64,000 bases of DNA from an uncultured Alphaproteobacteria bacterium (GTDB taxonomy: Bacteria; Pseudomonadota; Alphaproteobacteria; Sphingomonadales; Sphingomonadaceae). Location of the stretch: NCBI GenBank assembly GCA_963783195.1, contig CAWAMV010000001.1:642-64641 (forward strand), read 5' to 3'. The position numbers were made by a program, and so were the translations under genes. Positions within the stretch are counted from its first letter, which is position 1. The number at the start of each line of letters is the position of its first letter. This document shows positions 1-10,080 of the stretch, piece after piece. Below the pieces are notes generated by a model, which had not been told where the DNA came from, did not search any database, and worked only from the letters and a program-made list of their open reading frames with translations.

Positions 1-493
1 CCCGGTTGTTGTCGCGTAACCGGCCTGGCCGATGCCGGTCCGCACAGCCGAGCTCGCGCATTGCGGCCTTGTACGAGGCCAGCCCGTCGGTCACGATTGT
101 CTCCGGCACGAAGCCTTGGCTCTTGAGCAGTTTCCGCAGCAATTTCAGGGCTGCTGCCTTGTTGCGCCGCTTCTGCACCAGGACCTCAAGTACCTCACCC
201 TCCTTGTCGACGGCGCGCCACATGAACATGCGTTTGCCGTTGATGCGCACGACCATCTCGTCGAGATGCCACACGGTGTCGGCGCGCCCGCGCCTTCGCC
301 GGATGTTGGCCGCGATGGCCGGGCCGAACTTGTTGGCCCAGCACCGAACCGTCTCGTAGGTCGTATCAATCCCGCGCTCGGCAAGCATCTCCTCGACGTC
401 GCGCAGGCTGGTCGTGAACCGATAATAGAGCCACACCGCCAGCCGGATCGCATCCGGCGGGAAGCGGTGACGCTTGAAAGAAATGGGCTGCAT
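1..493 (-). CDS. IS6-family transposase, C-terminus beyond window edge
   Basis: My translation of the minus strand gives MQPISFKRHRFPPDAIRLAVWLYYRFTTSLRDVEEMLAERGIDTTYETVRCWANKFGPAIAANIRRRRG...VTDGLASYKAAMRELG, an IS6/IS26-type transposase. It is absent from the ORF track because no stop lies inside the window. Confidence 0.85.
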   Translation of the reverse strand, partial: MQPISFKRHRFPPDAIRLAVWLYYRFTTSLRDVEEMLAERGIDTTYETVRCWANKFGPAIAANIRRRRGRADTVWHLDEMVVRINGKRMFMWRAVDKEGEVLEVLVQKRRNKAAALKLLRKLLKSQGFVPETIVTDGLASYKAAMRELGCADRHRPGRLRDNNR

Positions 494-540
494 GATCCTC
501 TCCTGGCGGAGAGAAGTTAGCGTTTGTTTGACAGCTCCCC
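1..540 (-). mobile_element. IS6-family insertion sequence (subtype B), 3' part outside the window
   Basis: Transposase frame is open from the window edge to ATG (rc) at 491-493. The terminal repeat GGGGAGCTGTCAAACAAACGCTAAC (rc of ~516-540) directly abuts the stop of the next gene. Confidence 0.85.
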
Positions 541-541
541 G

Positions 542-1617
542 TCAGGAGGTTTTGCGCAGCGAAATTTCCTCGGTCGGCGCCACGGCTTCTTCCTTGTGGA
601 GGCGCTTAAGCACGCCCTCGTAGGTGCGCACGGCCTTGTCCATGACCATCGGCATCATGCGCGGATTCTCGGTCTGCGCGATGACGCGGTACTGCGCCTC
701 AATCATCCGGCGATCCTCCTCGAACGCCTTCAGCCCAAGTTCGGCGAAAAATGACTTGCGGGACGCCTCCTTCGCCCAAGGCCCGTAGGCGAAGAAATAG
801 CGCGCGGTGTCCGCGCCCAGCGGCGTCACCGCCTGGCAGGTGAAGGTGGAGAACAGGGACTGCGCGGATCCGCAGCTTCTCCCCCTCCAGTCGTTCGCAT
901 GTGCCTGCTTCGTGGCGCTGGGTCTGCTGCAGGAACAGACCGGGACGAGGAAGTCGTAACTGGTGAACACGTCCTGGGGAATGCCCCGCCGTTCGCTCGG
1001 CTGCGGGGCCCGATGGCACATCACGATCGCAGCGAGTCCGGACTCGTACCCCGCGATCAAGCGTGCGAACGTCCAAATCGGCGTCGATCCAACTTTGTCC
1101 GATGGCGCTGTTGCCTCCGCGAAGGACGCGGTGTGTACATAGGCGATGTGCGAGAGATCGAGCAGGTTGTCGTTGATCAGCCTGGCGGGTGCCGCATAAT
1201 CGATCCGTCCGGCTCCATCGCCAGTCCGGACGTCTCGTAGCGGTGAATCCGGTATAAGCGCCGGTTCCGCCCGCTGCTGGAGCCATCCAAACCACACACG
1301 CTATCCGTTCGACGGATGGAGACAGCGCGCGGGCCCGCGCGCGCCGCAGGAGGACGGTCTGCTCGCGGTTTTCGACCACCCTACCATCGGGCGCGAAAAC
1401 CAGTCCCATGATACATGCGACGGATGTTCGTTCCCTCGCATCGCCAAGCGACAGCGGGCCAGCCGATGCACGCAGCGGACCTCCAGCGTCCCGACCGTAC
1501 CACCCTCCGCGCGGAACACCACCAGGGCCTGTTCGGCGATCGTCACCGCGCAAGGCCGCCTGCCAGAAAGTCCCGGTTCCAGCCAGCATATACCAGGGAT
1601 TCTTCAGGTAGGGGCAT
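542..1617 (-). pseudogene. Rieske [2Fe-2S] aromatic oxygenase alpha subunit (VanA/phthalate family), several frameshifts
   Basis: Pieces lie in three frames. They include PYLKNPWYMLA (N-terminus), RCVHRLA / PLSLGD / MYHG-LVFAPDGRVVEN (Rieske Cys-His region), and a 251-aa C-terminal ORF (542-1297) with the DNLLDLSHIAYVH iron-binding motif. The first shift lies in a CCCC run right after ATG 1615-1617. Confidence 0.7.
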
Positions 1618-1653
1618 TGCGCCTCCGTCTCGCCGCTTGCGTGACAGCTCCGG

Positions 1654-2205
1654 CTAAAGCACCTTGAAATAGTGAATACGGTTCGCGCCGGGGAACTTTT
1701 CCGCGAACGCAGACGAAGACGTGCTTCGCCATCCGGTCGTGCGGGCCCTCTCGCACATCCAATTCGGACTGACCCCATGTAGTCATTCCGAAGCCCGCCG
1801 GTTCGTTGCGTGCCATGCGTTCGGCGACTTCCTCGTTGAAGGCCCAGCGATAGCCGCGGTTCTGCATGAAGATGGTCGTTCCTTCGTCCGGTTCGAGCAG
1901 TATCGTGCGTCGAAATCGATGACGCCGTCGGGCGTTGCAGCGGGCAACCGCCACCGCTCATGGGACGACCTTGCCCTCGATACGGCCCTGCCATGGTCCT
2001 TCGCCGGCATAGACCGCGGCGCGCGTCGCGCCCATCGTCATGGGTTTCAGCCAGCGCGCATTGGTGAGCGTGATCTCGATCGAGAACTCGTATTCGAGCT
2101 CGACATGAAAGGATGCGATGTGGCCATCGGAAACCTCGACTTGGCTGGCGCGGGTGCAATACGGCAGCGCCTTCGCCGCGGTCTTCGGATCTTATCGATA
2201 ATCAC
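1654..2205 (-). pseudogene. DUF3237-family protein, frameshifted (ends approximate)
   Basis: Three fragments lie in different frames: VEVSDGHIASFHVELEYEFSIEI..GRIEGKVVP, then GGWRLPAATPDGVIDFDARY, then ILLEPDEGTTIFMQNRGYR...HYFKVL*. By eye they align along the intact paralog at 4412-4924. Confidence 0.55.
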
Positions 2206-2353
2206 CTTAAAGCAAGGCAAAGGCGTCGCAAGCCTTCTCCGCGGCATCGCCGCCGCACCCGATCCGCAAATGACGGATGGCTGTCGCGAACGCCATCGCG
2301 CTTCGAGTCTGCGCAGACAAAAGCATACCCCTTGACTTGGCCGAGAAGTTCAT

Positions 2354-2363
2354 TGACAAGTCA
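2354..2363. promoter_or_regulatory. Candidate operator palindrome TGACAAGTCA (within CATTGACAAGTCAATG)
   Basis: A perfect 7+7 inverted repeat lies in the divergent region between the DUF3237 pseudogene and the MFS gene. It is one of five TGAY-NN-RTCA sites in island promoters. Confidence 0.4.
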
Positions 2364-2468
2364 ATGAAATTGCACCGCGTTGTCAAAGCTCGACCGTACG
2401 CGCACAGGTGCGAACCGCATCCTCCGCCAGATGGCGCGGGCAGGTATCGGCACGACCGGGAAGAGATA

Positions 2469-3851
2469 ATGGCGGCATTTCCTGTTCAGGAATTTATTGA
2501 TCGGCAACGTTTCGGACGGCCGCACCTCGTCGTGGTCGGGCTGGCGGTTCTCGCACTTTTCATCGACGGTTTCGATATCTTCATGGTCGGCAAGATCGCG
2601 CCAGCGATCGCCGATGGGTTCCGCGTCCAGCCGGAGGACCTGACGCTGGTCTTCGTCCTGCAGCAGGCGGGCCTTGCGATCGGCTCCTTCGTGGTCAGCC
2701 CGCTTTCGGACATGTACGGGCGCAAGCGGGTGCTCGTCGTGTCCTTCGCGGTGTTCGGCGTGCTCACCATCGTCGCAGCCTTTTCGCAGTCGATCCTGCA
2801 ACTTGCGGTGCTGCGGGGCATCGCCGGTTTGTTCCTGGCAGGCATCGTGCCTGCGGCGCTGTCGCTGGTTTCGGAAGTCACGCCCGCGCGCAATCGCTCC
2901 ACCGTCGTCGGGCTGGCGCAGGCGGGCTACAGCGCGGGCAACGCGATGGGGGCGGCGGTGGCGTTTCTCGTCCCGCTGACGGGATGGCAGGGGGCGTTCT
3001 GGGTGGGCGGACTGCTCGCGTTGCTCCTTACCCCGCCGATGGCGCTGTTTCTGCACGAATCGATCGCGTACCTCGTAGCCAAGAAACCGGACGGCCCGCG
3101 CATCGCCCGCACGCTGACGCGCATCCAGCCAGACCTCGTGCTCAACGGGAACGAGCAGTTCACCCTGTCGGAAAGCGGTGCGCGCAGGACCACGCCGCTT
3201 CTGGACGTGTTCGGCAACGGGAGGGCGGTGCCCACCTTCGTCATCTGGGCTTGCTATCTGCTGAGCATGGGCAACATCGCGCTGCTCGCCTCTTGGCTAC
3301 CAACCTATTTCAACGCGATGGCGGGTGTTTCCATCCAGGATTTCGCGGTCGCGCTGATGGTGGCGCTGGCAGGCGGGCTTGTCGGCATCGGCACCGTCGG
3401 CTTCCTCATGGATCGCATTGCGCCGCTCTGGCTGGTGGCGGCCTATTACGGAGGCAACGCCACGGCGCTGATCCTGCTGGGGCAGACGCCTTTCGAAAGC
3501 GGCCTGTTCGTCCCGTTGCTCGCCGCCTTCGCCTTCTTCCAGTCCGGCGGGCAGGGGGGGATGAACGTGCTGCTCACCCGGTTCTATCCTCCGTCGGTGC
3601 GCAGCACCGGGCTCGGCTGGGCGGGCGGCATCGGCCGTATCGGCGGGGTCGCACTTCCGGGGCTGGGCGGGCTGGCGCTCGCGCATTCGCTCGGGTTGGA
3701 GACCACGATGGCGCTGGTCGCGGTGGCGCCGCTGACGGTGATGGTGCTGCTGATCTTCGTGCTGAGGCCCACCTACGCGGTGGCGGAGAGGCACGCGGCC
3801 TCGCAGCCGAGCGCGGCGAAATCCTGGGAACTGAAGGGGAAGATGCGATGA
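2469..3851 (+). CDS. MFS transporter (aromatic acid/H+ symporter-like)
   Basis: Part of ORF 2277-3851. I prefer the internal ATG at 2469 (MAAFPVQEFIDRQRFGRPHLVVVGLAVLALFIDGFDIFMVGKIAP...). The product has about 12 hydrophobic segments and MFS loop motifs (PLSDMYGRKRV). Confidence 0.85.
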   Translation: MAAFPVQEFIDRQRFGRPHLVVVGLAVLALFIDGFDIFMVGKIAPAIADGFRVQPEDLTLVFVLQQAGLAIGSFVVSPLSDMYGRKRVLVVSFAVFGVLTIVAAFSQSILQLAVLRGIAGLFLAGIVPAALSLVSEVTPARNRSTVVGLAQAGYSAGNAMGAAVAFLVPLTGWQGAFWVGGLLALLLTPPMALFLHESIAYLVAKKPDGPRIARTLTRIQPDLVLNGNEQFTLSESGARRTTPLLDVFGNGRAVPTFVIWACYLLSMGNIALLASWLPTYFNAMAGVSIQDFAVALMVALAGGLVGIGTVGFLMDRIAPLWLVAAYYGGNATALILLGQTPFESGLFVPLLAAFAFFQSGGQGGMNVLLTRFYPPSVRSTGLGWAGGIGRIGGVALPGLGGLALAHSLGLETTMALVAVAPLTVMVLLIFVLRPTYAVAERHAASQPSAAKSWELKGKMR

Positions 3852-4402
3852 CACAGACTTGCTGGCCCGACGGAGTGCCGACATCCATGCCCGCGCAGGA
3901 CCGCGCCGACATTACCGAGCTTTACGCCCGATATGCCTGGGGTCTCGACCTGGCGGACGAGGAGTTGCTGCTTTCCACCTTCTCCGACGATGGCCAGTTC
4001 GACCATCTGTGGCAGGGCAAGGCAAACGGCCACGAGGCGATCATGCAAAGCATGGACGAGCTGTGGAACAGGCGCCAGCACTGGTGGTACGGCCGCCAGC
4101 ACGTGTTCAACACGTTCATCATGCAGCCTTTCGCGGAAGGCGCCCGCGTTCGCTGCTTCTTCCAGATCACCCAGTTCAACACCGAATATCGCAACAATTT
4201 CGTGTTCGGCATCGGCACACGGGACGACAGGCTGGTGAAGCGTGACGGGAACTGGCTGTTCTACAATTTGCACGTCAACGCTTGGACCGCCGCCGAGCAG
4301 GTCCCGTGGAAGGGCGAGGTCAGCCTCGATCACCGGCCTACCAATCCGTCGCCGCCCGCGGACAGGCGCCCCTTCCTCGAACAGGCAAAGGACCCTTGGT
4401 AA
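3848..4402 (+). CDS. SnoaL/NTF2-like fold protein
   Basis: ATG 3848 overlaps the MFS stop as ATGA. The sequence MTQTCWPDGVP..DRADITELYARYAWGLDLADEELLLSTFSDDGQFDH is typical of the SnoaL_4/NTF2-like family. Confidence 0.7.
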   Translation: MTQTCWPDGVPTSMPAQDRADITELYARYAWGLDLADEELLLSTFSDDGQFDHLWQGKANGHEAIMQSMDELWNRRQHWWYGRQHVFNTFIMQPFAEGARVRCFFQITQFNTEYRNNFVFGIGTRDDRLVKRDGNWLFYNLHVNAWTAAEQVPWKGEVSLDHRPTNPSPPADRRPFLEQAKDPW

Positions 4403-4411
4403 GCCGAAACG

Positions 4412-4924
4412 TCAGAGCACCGCATAATAGCGGAACAACGAGTGATCGGGCGGATCGCTCTCTGTCAGCTTGGGCATGCGCTTTCCGACCCCCACGATCA
4501 CCGTCCGGTTGAGCCAGTCGTGCGGCCCCTGCGGCGCGCGGAAATAGGGGGTGCAGCGGAAGTAGGGCGGGATCAAGGGTTCCTCGTCCGGATCCTGCTC
4601 CGGCGCGTGAATCGGTCCATGCACATAGCCCAAGTTGCGGATGTAGATCACGTCGCCATTGTCCGCCTCGATCATGTAGTGCGCGTTCAGCTCCACCACT
4701 CCGTCGGTGCGGATCGCGGGCCAGTCGGCGCCGCTGTAATCGACCAACCGTCCGTTGAGCATCGGCCCTGTAACCTCGCTGTTCTCGCCCACAGAGGTGT
4801 AGCCGAAATTGGGTCCGCCGGGATGGATCGCACCCGTCCGCCAGCGCTTGTCGAAATTGATGCGGATATCGAAGGCGTGCTGGTGGCGCAGGGCTAGCGG
4901 ATCGTCGGTCATCTTGGTTCCCAT
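4412..4924 (-). CDS. DUF3237-family protein (intact)
   Basis: 170-aa ORF. The motifs GPMLNGRLVDYSGADWPAIRTDGVVELNAHYMIEADNGDVIYIRNLGY match the DUF3237 pattern as I remember it. It lies 40 bp downstream of, and co-oriented with, the MarR gene. Confidence 0.7.
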   Translation of the reverse strand: MGTKMTDDPLALRHQHAFDIRINFDKRWRTGAIHPGGPNFGYTSVGENSEVTGPMLNGRLVDYSGADWPAIRTDGVVELNAHYMIEADNGDVIYIRNLGYVHGPIHAPEQDPDEEPLIPPYFRCTPYFRAPQGPHDWLNRTVIVGVGKRMPKLTESDPPDHSLFRYYAVL

Positions 4925-4964
4925 TGCTTTTGGCGAGGAGAGTTTGGTGCCCTTCTTCGGGCGG

Positions 4965-5498
4965 TCAGTCGTCGGTCTCGGCGCTCACCATCGCCATCAG
5001 GCGATCGCCCACTTTGAGCAGCAGGTCGTCGAGCACACGGCGTTCCTCGGGCGAGAGGTCGGCGAGAAGTTCGAGGTGGAAGGCGCGCCGGCTCGCGATC
5101 CCCTTGCGGTAGGTGGCCTTGCCCAGCTTTGTCATGTGCAGGATCGGGCGGCGCAGGTCGATGGGGTTTTGGTAGCGGATGACCAGCCCCTTGTCCTCGA
5201 GCGCGCGCGCGGCCCGGCTGACCTCCGCCCGGTCCACCCAAGCCTGTTCGGCGACATCGCCGATCGTGCCCCCGCGCGGCATCTGCCCCAGCCGCGCCAG
5301 CACGCGCCATTCCGCGTAGCTGATCCCGTCTAGCGCGGTCAGCTGCCTGATGGTGAGCCGATCCATCACCTTGGCCAGCAGCGTTATTCGGAAGGTCGGG
5401 AAATCGACGCCTTCAAGCCGCCAGCCGGGCAGTTTCGAAGCGCCCGGCACCGATCCGGCAGCCCCGGCTTCTCCTTGATTGTTCACTAAACCATTCAT
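4965..5498 (-). CDS. MarR-family transcriptional regulator
   Basis: 177-aa ORF with a winged-helix core: ISYAEWRVLARLGQMPRGGTIGDVAEQAWVDRAEVSRAARALEDKGLVIRYQNPIDLRRPILHMTKLG. Confidence 0.85.
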   Translation of the reverse strand: MNGLVNNQGEAGAAGSVPGASKLPGWRLEGVDFPTFRITLLAKVMDRLTIRQLTALDGISYAEWRVLARLGQMPRGGTIGDVAEQAWVDRAEVSRAARALEDKGLVIRYQNPIDLRRPILHMTKLGKATYRKGIASRRAFHLELLADLSPEERRVLDDLLLKVGDRLMAMVSAETDD

Positions 5499-5668
5499 AA
5501 CGGTCCCCGCGCCACGGTAGTCTACCCCCGTGCCAACCTATAGGTGCAGCATATCGAAGCCAATCACAATGCGACCCACTGCGCATATTGACATCGCGCC
5601 TTTTTCACCGTGGCAGGGGCGGGCTTTGGAAGGGACTTGCAATAGCTATGTCTCAATCGTACAATCTA

Positions 5669-5678
5669 TGACTAATCA
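5669..5678. promoter_or_regulatory. Candidate operator TGACTAATCA
   Basis: Lies in the divergent MarR / TonB-receptor intergenic region, about 50 bp upstream of ATG 5727. It belongs to the recurring TGAY-NN-RTCA family. Confidence 0.4.
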
Positions 5679-5726
5679 ATGAAGAGTCCCGCACAATGGG
5701 GGCCGTGCGAACGGGAGAAGCGTATT

Positions 5727-8651
5727 ATGAGCAAGAGGAAGACGAGCCACCTCAAGGTCGCGAGCTACGGCTCGCTGGCGATCGGTATGATGCTCGCCAG
5801 CCAGCCGCTGCGGGCGCAGGAGACCGTCCCCCAGGCCCAGCCAGTCGCGAACCAGCCAGTCGCCGAGGAGGCGGATGGCGTTGGTGCGGCGATCGTCGTT
5901 ACCGGAACGCGCCTGTCCCCCACGGGCTTCACCGCGCCAACGCCGGTCACCGTGTTGGACGAGGACTTGTTGCAGCAGCAGGGTGCCACTAACATCGCGG
6001 ACGCCCTCAACGCGCTTCCCGCGTTCCGTCCGCAATCCACCCCCGCCACGGCGGCCATCTTCCTCAGCAACGTGGGCGCGAACCTCGCCGACCTGCGCGG
6101 CCTGGGCGCGCAGCGCACGCTGGTGCTGGTCAACGGACGGCGGTTCGTGCCGAGCACGGTTTCGGGATCGACATCCTTCGCTCCCGCCGGAACGGTCGAC
6201 CTCAATATGATCCCCACTGTCCTTATCGACAGGGCGGAAGTCGTCACCGGCGGTGCCTCGGCGGTCTACGGCTCCGATGCGGTCGCGGGCGTTGTGAACC
6301 TTATCCTGGACACCGATCTGGCAGGTATCAAAGCGAGCGTGCAGGCGGGCATCTCGGACGAGGGCGACGGCGAGGAGTTCTTCGCCACCGGCGCATACGG
6401 CACCGCCTTCGCCGATGGGCGCGGCCATTTCGTGATCGGCGCGGAATACGCCAACAACAAGGGGGTGGGCGACTGTTACGAGCGGGACTGGTGCGCGGAG
6501 GAATTTGGGCCGGTCGCCAACCCGAGACCCCAGGTGAATGGTCTCGCGCGGCAGCTGATCCTGCCCAACATGCGTCCATCGCATGCGAGCTGGGGAGGGC
6601 TGATCACGTCGGGACCGCTGGCGGGCACCGAATTTCTGCAGGACGGCACCACCGTCCCGCATGACTACGGCACCTTCTATGGCGCGCCGATCTTCCAAAG
6701 CGGCGGCAGCATCGATCCTGAACACGCTTTTTACAACAACTTCCCGCTCGTCGCGCCCGTGGAGCGCGTGTCCTCGCTGGCGCAGGTGAGTTACGAGTTT
6801 TCAGACGACCTCGAGGCCTTCGTCGAGGGATCGTATGGCGAGGTCTGGGCCAGCACCATCGCCTCGGCCCCGCGGCTCTTCCTCGGCACGGCGCCGGTGA
6901 TCCAGCGCCAGAACCCGTATATCCCGGATGCTGTGGCGGCGAGGATGGATGCGCAAGGCGTCACTTCCTTCGTGCTGGGAAGGATCGGCAACGACATCGG
7001 CCCGCCTGTGGGCAAGGTAAACCGCAGTACCTGGCGCGTAGCCACGGGCTTGGAGGGTTCGTTCGCCAACGGCGCGATCAAGTGGGATGCCTATTACCAG
7101 TACGGCAAGACGGACTACAGTTCGCGGCTGCGGAACAGCCTGATTTCCGGCAATTCGGCGATTCCTGGCTCGCGCAATTTCTACAACGCGGTCGATGCCG
7201 TGCGCGACCCGGCCACGGGGCAGATCGTGTGCCGCATCACGCTGACCGATCCGCAACTCGCGGTCGATCCAATGACCGGCCCGTGCCAGCCGCTGAACCT
7301 GTTCGGAGAGAACAATTTCAGCCCAGAGGCAAAGGCCTACGTCACAGGCACCGCGGCGCAGGATACGCAGGTCACGCAGCATGTCGCCGCGCTTAACGTG
7401 CAAAGCGAGTTGTTTGACCTTCCAGGCGGTCCGCTGGCCGTAGGTGCGGGTGTCGAATACCGCGTAGACGACGTGGAAGGCATGGCGGACCCGATCTCGG
7501 CCGCGCTGCGCTTTCTTTACCAGCCTGCCACCTCGATCACCGGCCCGTCCACTAAGGTGAAGGAGGGCTACGTCGAATTCGCCGCGCCGATCCTTTCGGA
7601 CAAGCCATTCGCGCGCGAACTTTCGCTCAACGGCGCGGTTCGTCTGACCGATTATTCGACCAGCGGCACCGTCACCACCTGGAAGCTTGGCGCGGTCTGG
7701 GAGCCTGTCGAATTCCTGCGCCTTCGCGCCACCCGCTCGCGCGACATCCGCGCGCCCAACTTCTTCGAACTTTACAACCCGCAGGTGACGAGCTTCCAGT
7801 TCTTGTTCGATCCGGAACGCAACGGCGAAAGCACGCTGACGTCGGTCCTGCTTGGCGGCAACGCGGCGCTGCAGCCCGAAGTGGCGGACACCTGGACGGT
7901 CGGCGCCGTCATCTCCCCGTTGACCGGGCTGAGGTTTTCGGTCGACTATTTCGACATCAACGTTGAAGGCGCGGTGGGTACGCTGGGCGGGCAGGTCATC
8001 GTCAACCGCTGCTCCGCCGGCGTCACGGAGTTCTGCCAGTTCGTGGAGCGAAACGCGACCGGGGCGCTGGCGCGGGTGGAGAACGCCCTCCTTAACGTGA
8101 ACGAACAGATCACCCGCGGCATCGACTTCGAGGCAAGCTACCGGACCTACGTGGCGGACGGAGACCTGACGTTCCGCGCGCTCGCCACCCACATGCTGGA
8201 CCTGACGACGATCGACTTCACCGGAACCGCGGTGGATCGCGCGGGCATGAACGGCTCGCCGGTGTCATTCCCTTCCGGCGTGCCGGACTGGACCGTCAAC
8301 GCCAGCGTCGACTTCGCGGCCGGACCGTTCGAACTGGGCGCGCGGGCGCGCTGGATCTCGTCGGGCCTTTACAACGTCGAACTGATCGGGCCACATCAGA
8401 CCGGCTACGATCCCACGCTGCCCAACAGCGTCAACGACAACTTCGTGGACGATGTCTGGTATTTCGACCTCAACGCCGCGGTGAACCTGATCGACAACGG
8501 CAAGGACCGGTTGCAGCTGTTCGGTGCGATCAACAACCTGTTCGACAAGGATCCCCCCAACGACATCCCTTCGAGCTTCGGCGTAACCAACCCGGTGCTC
8601 TACGATGTGGTGGGAAGGTATTTCCGCATCGGTTTGCGATTCACCCATTGA
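5727..8651 (+). CDS. TonB-dependent receptor
   Basis: Part of ORF 5679-8651. ATG 5727 gives the signal peptide MSKRKTSHLKVASYGSLAIGMMLASQPLRAQE. Plug motifs are present (IVVTGTR, DLLQQQGATNIADALN, LVLVNGRR), followed by a long beta-barrel region. Confidence 0.9.
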   Translation: MSKRKTSHLKVASYGSLAIGMMLASQPLRAQETVPQAQPVANQPVAEEADGVGAAIVVTGTRLSPTGFTAPTPVTVLDEDLLQQQGATNIADALNALPAFRPQSTPATAAIFLSNVGANLADLRGLGAQRTLVLVNGRRFVPSTVSGSTSFAPAGTVDLNMIPTVLIDRAEVVTGGASAVYGSDAVAGVVNLILDTDLAGIKASVQAGISDEGDGEEFFATGAYGTAFADGRGHFVIGAEYANNKGVGDCYERDWCAEEFGPVANPRPQVNGLARQLILPNMRPSHASWGGLITSGPLAGTEFLQDGTTVPHDYGTFYGAPIFQSGGSIDPEHAFYNNFPLVAPVERVSSLAQVSYEFSDDLEAFVEGSYGEVWASTIASAPRLFLGTAPVIQRQNPYIPDAVAARMDAQGVTSFVLGRIGNDIGPPVGKVNRSTWRVATGLEGSFANGAIKWDAYYQYGKTDYSSRLRNSLISGNSAIPGSRNFYNAVDAVRDPATGQIVCRITLTDPQLAVDPMTGPCQPLNLFGENNFSPEAKAYVTGTAAQDTQVTQHVAALNVQSELFDLPGGPLAVGAGVEYRVDDVEGMADPISAALRFLYQPATSITGPSTKVKEGYVEFAAPILSDKPFARELSLNGAVRLTDYSTSGTVTTWKLGAVWEPVEFLRLRATRSRDIRAPNFFELYNPQVTSFQFLFDPERNGESTLTSVLLGGNAALQPEVADTWTVGAVISPLTGLRFSVDYFDINVEGAVGTLGGQVIVNRCSAGVTEFCQFVERNATGALARVENALLNVNEQITRGIDFEASYRTYVADGDLTFRALATHMLDLTTIDFTGTAVDRAGMNGSPVSFPSGVPDWTVNASVDFAAGPFELGARARWISSGLYNVELIGPHQTGYDPTLPNSVNDNFVDDVWYFDLNAAVNLIDNGKDRLQLFGAINNLFDKDPPNDIPSSFGVTNPVLYDVVGRYFRIGLRFTH

Positions 8652-8706
8652 AGGATGCCCGCGCGGCCCCGCCTGACGGTGCCGCGCGCCATCCCCGGCT
8701 TCAACC

Positions 8707-10080
8707 ATGAGTGCCGACACTTCCCCTTCGTTCAGCCGGACCTATCGGGCCTGGCTGCTGACGCTGGTCCTGCTGGTTGCCGCGTTCGGCTATATCGACC
8801 GGGTGATCATCCAGACGCTGGGCGAGGCCATCAAGCAGGACCTCGGGCTCAGCGATTTCCAGCTGGGCATGCTGGGCGGACTGAGTTTTGCGATCCTCTA
8901 TTCGACGCTGGGCCTTCCCATCGCCCGGCTCGCCGAGCGCCGCAGCCGCATCAACATCATCTCGGTCTCGGTCGCGATCTTCTCCGCGATGACGGCGATC
9001 GCGGGCACCGCGGCCAATTTCTGGCAGATGTTTCTCTACCGCATCGGCGTGGGGATTGGCGAGGCCGGCGTGCAGTCGCCCAGCGTGTCGCTGCTGGCCG
9101 ATCACTTCCCGCAGGAACGGCGCGGCTTCGTCATGACGATCATGAAGCTCGGCTCCCCAGTAGGGTCGGTATCGGGAGCCCTGGTCGGCGGCTGGGTCGC
9201 GCATAATTACGGCTGGCGCGCGGCGGTGATCTCGGTCGCCGCGCCGGGCCTGCTGCTCGCCCTGCTATTCAAGCTCACCCTGCGCGAACCCGCGCGCGGC
9301 ATGTCGGACCCGGACCGACGCGAGGAGGCGCAGGCGGAGCCGCCGCCGCTCTCCGCGGTGTGGCGGATGATGTGGGATCGCGGGGAGTTCCGGCACATGC
9401 TGATCGGGCTCGGCCTGGCGACGATGGGGCTGTACGCGGGCGGGGCGTTCGTCAGTCCTTTCTTCATGCGCGTCCACGGCCTCAGCCTCGCCGAGGTTGG
9501 CGTTTATTTCGGCATCCTGAGCGGTGCCGCGGCGACGGCGGGCTATGCCCTCGGCGGCTTCGGCATCGATTTCATCGCGCGGCGCGGCGCCCGCTGGTAC
9601 GCGCTGATGCCCGCACTGGGCATGAGCGCGTCGGTACCGCTCTACCTCACCGGATACAGCATCTCAAATCCGCAGCTTTCCCTCTTCTTCCAGATCCTGG
9701 GCGGGATATTCCTGTTCTTTCATAGTATTCCAACGCTGGTCGCATTCCAGAACATGGTCGGCCCGCGCACCCGCGCGACCGCCGCTTTCGTGTTTTTCTT
9801 CGTTTCCACCCTAGTCGGTGTCGGTCTGGGCCCGCCGCTGCTGGGGCTGGTCAGCGACCTTTACGCCAGCGCGAATTTCCAGGGCGAGGGCGGGTTCCGG
9901 GCGGTCTGCCTGGCGGGAGAAACGCTCGACGATCCCGCCTGCGCGGCCGCATCGGCGCTGGGCGTTCGCTATGCGCTGATGAGCAGCATGGCGCTCTATG
10001 CCTGGGGCGCGGTCCATTACCTGATCGCCGCGCGACTGATCGCCCGTGAAGGCGACAACACGACGGAGAAGGCAGGATGA
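8707..10080 (+). CDS. MFS transporter
   Basis: 457-aa ORF with multiple TM segments. The motifs GYIDRVIIQTLGEAIKQDLGLSDFQLGML..LGLPIARLAERRSR are MFS_1-type. Confidence 0.85.
   Translation: MSADTSPSFSRTYRAWLLTLVLLVAAFGYIDRVIIQTLGEAIKQDLGLSDFQLGMLGGLSFAILYSTLGLPIARLAERRSRINIISVSVAIFSAMTAIAGTAANFWQMFLYRIGVGIGEAGVQSPSVSLLADHFPQERRGFVMTIMKLGSPVGSVSGALVGGWVAHNYGWRAAVISVAAPGLLLALLFKLTLREPARGMSDPDRREEAQAEPPPLSAVWRMMWDRGEFRHMLIGLGLATMGLYAGGAFVSPFFMRVHGLSLAEVGVYFGILSGAAATAGYALGGFGIDFIARRGARWYALMPALGMSASVPLYLTGYSISNPQLSLFFQILGGIFLFFHSIPTLVAFQNMVGPRTRATAAFVFFFVSTLVGVGLGPPLLGLVSDLYASANFQGEGGFRAVCLAGETLDDPACAAASALGVRYALMSSMALYAWGAVHYLIAARLIAREGDNTTEKAG

Noticed and set aside
699-2159. 486-aa minus-strand ORF spanning the Rieske and DUF3237 relics
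   Set aside because: It is an Arg/Ala/Gly-rich read-through of two decayed genes in mixed frames. Only short stretches (PYLKNPWY.., PLSLGD..LVFAPDGRVVEN) are genuine. It is treated as pieces of two pseudogenes, not one CDS.
2277-2468. Upstream extensions of ORFs to the first possible start (2277 for the MFS, 5679 and 27193 for the receptors, 12659 for the oxygenase, 16224 for the MFS, 29361 for the monooxygenase)
   Set aside because: The extensions encode non-homologous, Arg-rich leaders or overlap the preceding gene. Internal starts give a signal peptide, a Rossmann GxGxxG N-terminus or an RBS. The ORF track also counts TTG/CTG/GTG as Met.
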